NCBI RefSeq assembly: GCF_006345805.1
Contig: NW_021832097.1
Span: 1-33,821 of the forward strand
Source of the DNA: Octopus sinensis
Taxonomy: Eukaryota
DNA length: 33,821 bases
Direction: 5' to 3'
Below the pieces are notes generated by a model. The model did not search any database and was not told where the DNA came from. It saw only the letters and a program-made list of their open reading frames with translations. The translations under genes and the position numbers were made by a program. Shown piece by piece: positions 23,479 through 33,821 of the stretch. How positions within the stretch are numbered: the first letter of the stretch is position 1; each line of letters begins with the position of its first letter.

Positions 23479-23663
23479 TTCTCAATATATCTGGAGATTG
23501 TTATTTTAAGTAACAAACAAATATTATCTTGTTTCATGCGTAAGATATTACCTTCCTCCATGTTGTTATAATCCTTCACCTTTTTACTTTACGCACAATT
23601 TCCTTCTCCGTCTCCACACTCACATCTCTTCTCATTGTTTTCCTTTCTCTTCGTCGAAACACC

Positions 23664-23771
23664 ATATATATATATATTATATATATATATATGCGTGTGA
23701 GTGTTTGTATATGTGCATGTATGTACATATATATATGTGTGTGTGTGTATGTATATATATATATGTATATA

Positions 23772-23865
<94 letters not shown>

Positions 23866-23895
23866 TGTGTGTATGTGTATGTATATGTACATACA
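23664..23895. repeat. (TA)n/(TG)n compound microsatellite
   Basis: Directly visible. Confidence 0.93.
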
Positions 23896-24343
23896 CATGG
23901 GTATTATACGTGGATGTGTAATATTTGATTGCATAAATATATAGACATACGAATACACGAGACAAAATAAATGTATAAGCACACATTACACACATATATA
24001 TATTTACATGTATGTATATACATATATATGTACGCATGTATGTAAGTGTGTATGTGTATATATATATATATTTTTTTTTATGTATGTATATATATATTTC
24101 TCACTCTTACGGATAAATGACACGCATTTTTGTGTGCGTGTCTGTGTTTGTGTGCGTACAAATATATACAAATATAGAAAAACTCACATGTGCAATATAT
24201 ATATATATATATATTTATCTGTGGGGGCGGCGTAGCAGTGTAATCGATAGTTTGTGCAAAGGATCATTTATCCTTCCTTCAACAGATCGATTCACCTCGT
24301 TTATTGAACTGTGTGAGATATCGATCTCCGGCGCACACTTCCT

Positions 24344-25310
<967 letters not shown>

Positions 25311-26009
25311 CGTTATATCTGCATGTACTTCTGGATTAAAAATAACTGTTCAGGCCGTGGTCAGACCATCCTCTACACTCCATTGTATTACGTAGCTCTA
25401 TATTTATAATGGTCAAGAAGGACGGTAAATTAACGGCTGGAAAAACCTTCTTGGTCAGAGCTGATCTCGGGTTAAACAAACCAATAAACTGATCTCTGAT
25501 CGCTGATCCTTCTATCTCCATTCACAACTGAATGAGTGTTCATCCCATCTATCATTTTCAGCCAATTGAATCTAGAATCACAAGAGACCCTCAATGATGA
25601 AACCGTAAATTTATCATAAATACACAATGTTATCAGAGAGCAGTATTTCTGTTCTACATTCTACCGTTTGTAGTTAATATTTTGTTGAAGAAAATTGCCA
25701 TCCAGGAAGTAAAGCTTGTATTTCAGACTATGTCTTTTAATGTAATCGCTATTGACCATCAAGGTGGTTGACCGCTGTTATGGTTCTGTTCCCATCCACG
25801 TCCTTCACCTTTTTAATAGAATTTTTTTCATTTAGATAATTTTAAAATATATGAAGTGTGTGTGTGTGTATGGGAAGGTATTTATTCGATGAAGATTTGA
25901 CCTCCCCCCACATAGCGACCGACCTACCGTAAACAATGTTTCCTAAGGTTACATAAATGGATTGTGATATTTTGGTTTCTTTTTGATATTGTATTATTAG
26001 AAACAAACA

Positions 26010-26147
26010 TGGCAGCGAGGTCGATTTTGCCTTTCGTCCTCTTGGGTGTCGATAAAATAAATACTAGTTAAGCATTGTTCTCGATCATATCGAGTTATCC
26101 CTTCCTCTAAAATTGCTGGCCTTGTGCTCAAATTTGAAACCATTATT
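26010..26147 (+). mobile_element. SINE family B, 3' part
   Basis: GAGGTCGATTTTGCCTTTCGTCCT...GTCGATAAAATAA...AAAATTGCTGGCCTTGTGC. Confidence 0.75.
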
Positions 26148-26551
26148 AGTAGCAATTATCTTGCCAGGTGGACTTATGCTCATCAGGATCCCTGCGCTAG
26201 AGCACTCGATCTCTTATTGCTCTCATTGCAGCATTTAAAAACAAAAAAATAAGACCGTCTTATACGCCGTCAAATACGCTATATCACTTGGTATACTACA
26301 ATGAACGAACACTGGTGACTTCCTTGAAAACTGCTATATTTCTTGTAATGGAATTTTTGTGAGAAAATATAAATGTGGTTTCCAGGTGTTTTCTTTCGTG
26401 TAATTTTCTTCACAAGAGACATCAAGTTGCCGGCTGAGATATAGACAAGTTTTCCTCAGCTACCAGGACACGTTCAATGTAAGACACTGGAACGAACATC
26501 CAGAAGACATTTTCTCCAGTACTGCTAAGTCCACATCCATAGACCGTATTT

Positions 26552-26707
26552 GAGTGGCTGTGTGGTAAGTAGCTTGCTAACCAACTACATGGTTCCGGGT
26601 TCAGTCTCACTGTGTGGCATCTTGGGCAAGCGTCTTCTACTATAGCCCCGGGCCGACCAATGCCTTGTGAGTGGATTTGGTTGACGGAAACTGAAAGAAG
26701 CCTGTCG

Positions 26708-26788
<81 letters not shown>

Positions 26789-26996
26789 TGTCTGTATTTG
26801 TCCCCCTAGCATTGCTTGACAACCGATGCTGGTGTGTTTACGTCCCCGTCACTTAGCGGTTCGGCAAAAGAGACCGATAGAATAAGTACTGGGCTTACAA
26901 AGAATAAGTCCCGGGGTCGATTTGCTCGACTAAAGGTGGTGCTCCAGCATGGCCGCAGTCAAGTGACTGAAACAAGTAAAAGAGAGAGAAAGAGAA
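26552..26996 (+). mobile_element. SINE family A, near-full-length copy
   Basis: High similarity to the 16242 copy. Confidence 0.92.
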
Positions 26997-27000
26997 TATT

Positions 27001-27108
27001 GACCTCAGAGGATTAGATGTAAAGTTGACTTCGGCCTGACTTGAACTCAGAACGTAAAAATCCGTGACATATAACGCAAGGCTCTCACAATTCTGCCTAT
27101 TGGCCGCC
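27001..27108 (-). mobile_element. SINE family B 5' fragment, degraded
   Basis: AAAGTTGACTTCGGC...TTGAACTCAGAACGTAAA...GCCGCC, as in 16073-16210. Confidence 0.7.
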
Positions 27109-27784
27109 TATTCCTACCTCTTCTCGTATATCGTAGCAGCGAGATTTGGCTGGCATTCGGTGAGCGGTGCTTCCAACTGAGGAGATCAAATAGCCCGAAA
27201 TCACGGGATATGGGGAATTTTGGTGCCATTGACGGACGAATTTCATCTGCTAGGATCTATGTGTCTACTTTTATGCACCAAACACCTACATGAGAGGATC
27301 TCTCACAGCTAATAACGTAGGATTTAGTTTTCCAACAAGGCGTCCAGGATATATGCATACATACAGAGAGAGAAGGGGGGAAGAGGGGGAGTGAGAGATG
27401 GAGAGTATATACAAAGAGTTTTCGTCAATTGATGTAATGTAATAATTGTGTACTATGAATCGTCAGTTTGGTTTAACGCTAAAACTCCCGCTTCCACTGC
27501 AACTGAAAAATGTACTGCTGAAAATGCCTATCAAAGGTGGCTAGAAGTGGTTTCTCCTTGAGCGGGTGGATATAGATTGAAATTTTAAAAAAAAACAAAG
27601 ATATTTGACACCACTCGAAAAAAAAAACATATATATAATTTAGATAAAGAATATAAACTTAGTGCAGAATAATTATGATAAAAAAGATCTTTTTATCATA
27701 ATTATTCTGCACTTAGTTTACATTCTTTATTTAAATAAAATGTTTTCAAGTGATGCCAATGTTTTGCCTTTTCATTTTATATAT

Positions 27785-27794
27785 ACACACACAT

Positions 27795-27832
<38 letters not shown>

Positions 27833-28015
27833 CACACACACACACACACAAACACACACACCTTTCGTACAGTTTCCACCTCCTAAATTCTCACACAAGG
27901 CATGGGTCGTCCCGAAGTTACAGCATAAGATACCAAAGGTGCCAAGTAGTAAGAGCGAACTCGAAATACCAGGGTTGCAAAGCGAGCTTCTTCACCACAC
28001 AGCTATGTGTGCAGC
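27785..28015 (-). mobile_element. SINE family A 5' half, strongly degraded
   Basis: CAGTTTCC...AAATTCTCACACAAGGC...CCAAAGGTGCCA...CACCACACAGC. Confidence 0.6.
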
Positions 28016-28584
28016 CATCACAAAGATGATGCTGGAAATTTACATCTGACGAAATTACCGGACAGAACAAATTCTAAGCAAAATCCTGAAGAAATGATGT
28101 ACGGAACGAGCCAAACTTGCCCCGGGGCGAAATAAGAAAAAAAACAATAAGAACAACAACAACAACAACAACAACATACAGCACTTTCATTTCATTGATC
28201 GCCGCCGCCACCACCACCACTACCATCACTCCACTCACACAGCCATAACAACAGTACCATCAATATATCACCACCAACACTCTAAAAACAACTACTCTCA
28301 CCACCACTACAAAGACTACTATCGCTATCACCATCACCATCACCGCACTGTTCTTCTTCTTCTTCTTCTTCTTCTTCTTCGACGTCGTCGTCGTCTCCAC
28401 CACAGGGTATGCTGTTGTGACTAAAATTATGAGGTCAGAACGATAAAGGTTAATTTTTAAAAGTACATAAAAATTTTTGATATGACTTTTAAAGAAATAT
28501 CGCCTCGTTTTGTTGAGCAGAGACGTGATTTAAGTCGGAAAAAAATTAAGGGAGAACCTTTCACAATATAGAAACACTTCTCAT

Positions 28585-28795
28585 GGCATCAGCAGACAAA
28601 ATGGAAAAGGCGTTGCTCCGGAGGATCACGAGGGAGATGCGCTGGAACAGCCAGTCTGGCTCGCGGGGATCGTACTTGCGGAGCCCGGACTGGTAGCTGA
28701 CAACACCAAGATGCTGCTGGAGAAGGTGTCAAGGTATGTGGCATCCCAGACGAGGGGCCTACCGCCACGGAACGCGGAAATTGTCATAGGAAAAG
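28585..28795 (-). pseudogene. Remnant of the restriction-like endonuclease / C-terminus of a CRE-clade non-LTR retrotransposon
   Basis: GRPLVWDATYLDTF...SATSPGSA, then in another frame WLFQRISLVILRSNAFSILS. These match the recalled CRE motifs GRxLVWDATCxDT and QRLSxAIQRGNA. Confidence 0.7.
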
Positions 28796-28917
28796 AGGAA
28801 AAGGGTCCTGAGCCAAGCAAAAGCAGGGTTCTGCTGGAATATTAAATATACAGGTCTCACCAACTGGTTCGACTGTCAACCTGTGTGTTTTATGTGAGTT
28901 CCGGAGATGCTGTGTGG

Positions 28918-29105
28918 ACTCTTGATTAGCTAGAAATAACAAATAAATTTCTTTCTATAATCCATTTCCATACAGTCTTGAAAATGAAGGACGTTGATTT
29001 AGTCTTGGATACACTATATCTAAAAATCCAGATAGGATCTTCATTGCTGGCGTTTCTTTAATCATAGGTCTTATTTACCTGGGATGACCCGGAATAAAAA
29101 CCAAC
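28918..29105 (+). repeat. Old dispersed repeat related to 16700-16905
   Basis: GCTAGAAATAACA...TAGTCTTGGATACACT...ATAGG. Confidence 0.5.
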
Positions 29106-29280
29106 GGGGAAGATAAAACGACCACAAGATGGTCTATTGATATTGATCTATTGATTTATCGATGTGATTGAAGGTTAACTTACATCCACCAAACAAAATT
29201 GATTGGTACACATCATATTTACACATACAATGCACAGTGTCTGAGGGATCTTATTGCTTATATTAGAGACATGAAAAGAA

Positions 29281-29480
29281 GGTGGCGAGCTGGCAGAATC
29301 GCTGGCACGACAGGCAAAGTACTTTGCAGCAGTTCGTCCGTCTTTACGCTTTCAGAAGGAATTCCACCAAAATCTACTTAACGGTTTAATCCTTCGGGAT
29401 CGATGAAATAAGTTCCAGTTGAGCACTGGAGTCGATGTAATCGACTTACCCCTCCCCCAAAATGTCAGGCCTTGTGCTTA
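29281..29480 (+). mobile_element. SINE family B, full-length diverged copy
   Basis: Head GGTGGCGAGCTGGCAGAATCG, body CCAGTTGAGCACTGGAGTCGATGTAATCGACTTA, tail GGCCTTGTGC. Confidence 0.82.
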
Positions 29481-29581
29481 AGAAAATGTGTTGCAGACAC
29501 CAGTGTCTCATAGGGTAAGAAACAAGGATCTCTGCAAAGATTCAAAGCTTTAACGGTTAAAACCAGATATAATTTCGCTGT

Positions 29582-29964
29582 GGAGGCGCAATGGCCCAGT
29601 GGTTAGAGCAGCGGACTCGCGGTCATAGGATCGCGGTTTCGATTCCTAGACCGGGCGTTGTGAGTGTTTATTGAGCGAAAACACCTAAAAGCTCCACGAG
29701 GCTCCGGCAGGGGATGGTGGTGATCCCTGCTGTACTCTTTCACCACAACTTTCTCTCACTCTTACTTCCTGTTTCTGTTGTACCTGTATTTCAAAGGGCC
29801 GGCCTTGTCACTCTCTGTGTCACGCTGAATATCCCCGAGAACTACGTTAAGGGTGCACGTGTCTGTGGAGTGCTCAGCCACTTACACGTTAATTTCACGA
29901 GCAGGCTGTTCCGTTGATTCGGATCAACCGGAACTCTCATCGTCGTAACCGACGGAGTGCTTCC
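29582..29964 (+). mobile_element. tRNA-derived SINE family C, full length with 13-bp TSD
   Basis: A box TGGCCCAGTGG, B box GTTTCGATTCC; ATAATTTCGCTGT at 29569-29581 and 29965-29977. Confidence 0.9.
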
Positions 29965-30063
29965 ATAATTTCGCTGTAGTCGAGTTACACTTTTATAACC
30001 ATCGATTACTGGATTTGACACCGCTAAACATTTTATAAGAGAGTCTTAGACAATTTAAACAAG

Positions 30064-30210
30064 CTCAGTATTTGCTGGCTACTTCATCGATCCGAGCAGA
30101 TGAAAGGCGAAATCGAATTCGGTGCGATTTGAACTCCGAACGTAAAGGAATGTACTAAATACAGCAAGACAGTATATTTTGTACACTGTTGGTTGGGTTT
30201 CACTGCGTCA
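30064..30210 (-). mobile_element. SINE family B, degraded
   Basis: GATGAAAGGCGAAATCGAATTCGG...TTTGAACTCCGAACGTAAAG. Confidence 0.7.
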
Positions 30211-31369
30211 CTCTAATTATACTAATAATTATTAGTAACATTTGAATGTTCAGTAAAGCTGAAGTGGTTTCTACAAAACTCAGCCTTATAAGTATTTAAA
30301 CTACGTATTTTAACAACCGCCTTCACCACTATCACGCCATCGTTCTCACAAAGTCTAATTTAAGACTTATTAAAAGCGAGTATAATCAAAAACGATGCAT
30401 TGTATTTTTATAAACTACATTTCATTAGTTTTAAGCACAACAACAACAACAACAACAACAACAACAGAAGCAGATATAGCATCGCCAATTTTTTTTTTTC
30501 AATGTCTGACACAACGAAAGCAGACTTCGTTCATTCGTTTTGCTCGTTCGTTAATCGATCCCCAATTTTGCTTTGATCGTTTTGTGTGTGTAGCAAATAT
30601 CGATTGAATTTTTTTTTTATTTCTTTATTTTACTTTATTTTTGTTTATTTATATATTTTCTCTTATTTTCTTTCTTTTTTTTTTCTGTCGAAAAAAGTTT
30701 GTCTGAAAATATGAAAATGTTGGCTTGATGCAGTCTGAATTTAGTGTAAAGAGTTTAATTACCCGCTGATTCAAGCCAAAAACAATATTTGCGATAAAGT
30801 CTTTGGAGTGGGGTTGGGTGGGGTGTTGAATTGGTTGAAGCTGCTGAAGTTCTGGTCTAATTCTTTAAAAAAAGAGCGGGAAGTACTAAAGACTATTTAG
30901 TGTCAGGTTTCTACGTTCTCCGTTCGAAACCAACTTCACCCTTCAGTCGCTACGTTGGCTGAAATAAATACCAGGCATGAACATGGGATCCAATTGAATC
31001 TATGTTAATAAAATAATCGTTTGTATTGTGCATAGCAGAAACTGTGATAAGGCCCTAGGAAAAGAAGTCCAAAACACTATTTCAGTTGATTGATTTCAAA
31101 AGCACATCACCAAAAGCTTCATCGCTTCAAATCGTCAGGTTTCGAAAATAAGTCGCAAAGAAAATGAAAACAGATATTTTTAATAGTCTCAGCTGTCAGT
31201 AATGGTCATCGTCAAGACGCGTTTTTGTCTGCTGTTTTTGAATCGATAGAAGACACACAAAAAAAAAAAGAAATTGAATTGAAATTCAAACTGAAATATG
31301 TGTCTTTTTCTAAAGCCCTGGGTCCACCATCTGAGTAATTTGGAAGACGAAAATTGTGTGGAAATACAT

Positions 31370-31399
31370 GTGTGTATGTGCGTGTGTGTGTGTGGTGTG

Positions 31400-31437
<38 letters not shown>

Positions 31438-31640
31438 TGCGTGTGTGTGTGTGTATTTGTGTTGGTGTTTGTACCATTACTCCGCTTGACAACCGGTGTT
31501 GTTTGTTTACGTCTCTGTACCTTAGTGATTCGGTAAAAGCGACTGATAGAATGAATACCAGACTTTGAAAAAACAACAAATAAGTACTGAGGTCTGGTGC
31601 CTCAGAATGGCCGCAGCCCAATGAAGAATTAAAAGATAGA
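31370..31640 (+). mobile_element. SINE family A 3' half, degraded
   Basis: GCTTGACAACCGGTGTT...TTTACGTC...GATAGAAT...ATGGCCGCAG. Confidence 0.7.
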
Positions 31641-32314
31641 GACAAAATACCTCCGAATAGCTGGAATTGTTTTTGCAATTACGCAATATTCTGACTGCCC
31701 AACATTCGAAACCCTTAAATTACATCTAGCAGATTCCCGCACACTTGCTATCACAAAACACACTTTCACTCACAAAACCTGGATCTAATGGAGAGAAATG
31801 TAAATGACACTTGCTTGAGGTGCCACGAAGTTAGATCGAACATACTTATAATTCGAACTCCTCAACCATTCGGGCATGACGTCCACTATTCAAAAACAAA
31901 AAAAACTGTTAAAAACTCTGAACTCAAACTAAATGCATTTATAGATTGTTTAAGCATTCAAGCTTGCTCTTTAGCTCTAAAATTGCTCAAAAAAGTGGGG
32001 GCAAGTATTGATATAAAAACAAATCGTTGGGTGGGGCAATGAGCTCAGAAGCTAAGATATTATGTTTCATTATCTTGCCTCTTAAGATTGACACACATTG
32101 ATCAGTTTATGTCCACAGTTTGCAATGTAAGTTCGAAGAGCCACCATTGTTGCAGTACAGTGCAAGCTGCTGACATCACTCGCTCGTGAGTGACGACTTG
32201 GTAATATGTATAATGCTGTCTGTAGTTGTTTTAGATATTTCTGTAATCCTGGGCAGATATACTTACCTTCTTAGTACATTTATCCTTGATGCAACGGAGC
32301 ATCCAAGATGAGAT

Positions 32315-32317
<3 letters not shown>

Positions 32318-32357
<40 letters not shown>
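32318..32357. repeat. (GA)n microsatellite
   Basis: Directly visible. Confidence 0.95.
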
Positions 32358-32360
<3 letters not shown>

Positions 32361-32364
32361 TGGT

Positions 32365-32509
32365 GACTGCCCCATCACTCATCGCAAGCGAGTAAACTGA
32401 AACAGCGAAATACGAAGAACCATGCTCAAAGACTCATAAGGCACCAGTCCAGGAATTGAACCTACGATCATTAGCCAAATACCCTAACCACAAAACCATG
32501 CGCTTTCAC
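32365..32509 (-). mobile_element. Degraded tRNA-headed SINE
   Basis: Reverse complement GTGAAAGCGCATGGTTTTGTGGTTAGGG...GGTTCAATTCC shows A and B boxes. Confidence 0.6.
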
Positions 32510-32802
32510 ACCCTTCCCAGGTGACGATAAGTAAGGTGACGTCGGCCAGTATCGAGAGAGTACGTGTAGACTGTGTTGATAGTCGTGTCTGTGCTGACGT
32601 AGTAATTCTACTTTGATACTAGGTGGACGTTGTAACGATCCTATCTTTTGAGGATAATAACGCTGTACGACTGGGAGTCATATACAGAACCATTCTATCG
32701 ATGACTTTGGAATATAGCAATGTCTGTCAGAGCGACATCCGTCGTCAAAAGACAGGCGCAACAGTGGCAAAAGACCACTTTACAATACCTTGTACGTCAG
32801 GT

Positions 32803-33507
32803 TACGTTCTGGGTTCAAATTTCGCCGAAATCAACTTTGCCTTTCTTCCTCTCAGGGTCGATAAATTAAGCACCAGTTACGCACTGGGGTCGATGTAATC
32901 GACTTAATCCGTTTGTCTGTCCTTGTTTGTCCCCTCTGTGTTTAGCCCCTTGTGGGTAGTAAAAAAATAGTTATTTCCTCTGCCGCTACGTTCTTAGTTC
33001 AAATTCCGCCGAGGTCGACTTTGCCTTTCTTCCTCTCGGGGTCGATAAATTAAGCACCAGTTACGCACTGGGGTCGATGTAATCGACTTAATCCGTTTGT
33101 CTGTCCTTGTTTGTCCCCTCTGTGTTTAGCCCCTTGTGGGTAGTAAAAAAATAGTTATTTCCTCTGCCGCTACGTTCTTAGTTCAAATTCCGCCGAGGTC
33201 GACTTTGCCTTTCTTCCTCTCGGGGTCGATAAATTAAGCACCAGTTACGCACTGGGGTCGATGTAATCGACTTAATCCGTTTGTCCCCTCTGTGTTTAGC
33301 CCCTTGTGGGTAGTAAAAAAATAGGTATTTCATCTGCCGCTACGTTCTGAGTTCAAATTCCGCCGAGGTCGACTTTGCCTTTCTTCCTCTCGGGGTCGAT
33401 AAATTAAGTACCAGTTACGCACTGGGTTCGATGTAATCGACTTAATCCGTTTGTCTGTCCTTGTTTGTCCCCTCTGTTTTTAGCCCCTTGTGGGTAGTAA
33501 AGAAATA
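32803..33507 (+). mobile_element. Tandem tetramer of head-less SINE family B (units of 167, 184, 170 and 184 bp) within one 19-bp TSD
   Basis: Units start at 32803, 32970, 33154 and 33324. AATACCTTGTACGTCAGGT at 32784-32802 and 33508-33526. Confidence 0.92.
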
Positions 33508-33644
33508 AATACCTTGTACGTCAGGTATTTGATCCAAGAAGTATATTTGTAAATTATCAGCATCAGTCAAATATCTTTTGTGGTGCGGTGTAGTAGTATT
33601 AGAGATCTTTGATAGGCATTCCGGTCATGACTACCACGCATATC

Positions 33645-33790
33645 AAGACGTTTGTTTACGTCCCTGTAACTTAGCGGTTTGATAAAAGAGACCGATAAAA
33701 TAAGTGTCGGACTTTATAAAACACGTATTGTCTTCAATTTGTTCGACTAAAACGTTTCAAGGCGGTGCCCCACCTTGGCTGCAGGTAAAA
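33645..33790 (+). mobile_element. SINE family A 3' fragment
   Basis: GTTTACGTCCCTGTAACTTAGCGGTT...AAAAGAGACCGATA...TCGACTAAA...AAGGCGGTGC. Confidence 0.78.
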
Positions 33791-33821
33791 AAAAAAATAA
33801 CTGAATTAAAACCGTAAAGCA

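Noticed and set aside
29582-29655. tRNA gene
   Set aside because: The acceptor stem does not close, and the sequence continues into a TSD-flanked SINE body. The same applies to the other tRNA-like heads.
32803-33507. CRISPR array or ordinary satellite
   Set aside because: No unique spacers or cas genes, eukaryotic context, and the units are homologous to dispersed SINE copies.

Overview
This is AT-rich, microsatellite-dense eukaryotic DNA, either intergenic or intronic. The repeat content resembles cephalopod (octopus-like) genomes; that is an inference from recall of SINE sequences, not a database result. No intact host protein-coding gene can be supported, and nearly all ORFs in the track are translations of microsatellites or SINEs. 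Real coding signal is limited to retrotransposon remnants: (1) a frameshifted but nearly complete APE-RT ORF2 of a CR1-group LINE (8731-11747, minus strand); (2) a scrambled Penelope-like element with RT and GIY-YIG fragments on both strands (13787-14841); (3) small RTE-clade and CRE-clade remnants. There are at least three tRNA-derived SINE families in about 20 copies, two MITEs (hAT-like and Tc1/mariner-like), and degenerate Penelope-type hammerhead cores. The most unusual structure is a four-unit, head-less SINE concatemer (184-bp unit, 32803-33507) enclosed by a single perfect 19-bp target-site duplication. Its unit junction maps to a hairpin loop of the SINE head, and its 3' tail matches a (TATC)n-tailed retroposon end found at 2.1-2.6 kb. 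A possible spliced two-exon transcript (about 21.0-22.9 kb, plus strand) and a minus-strand microexon are weak candidates.
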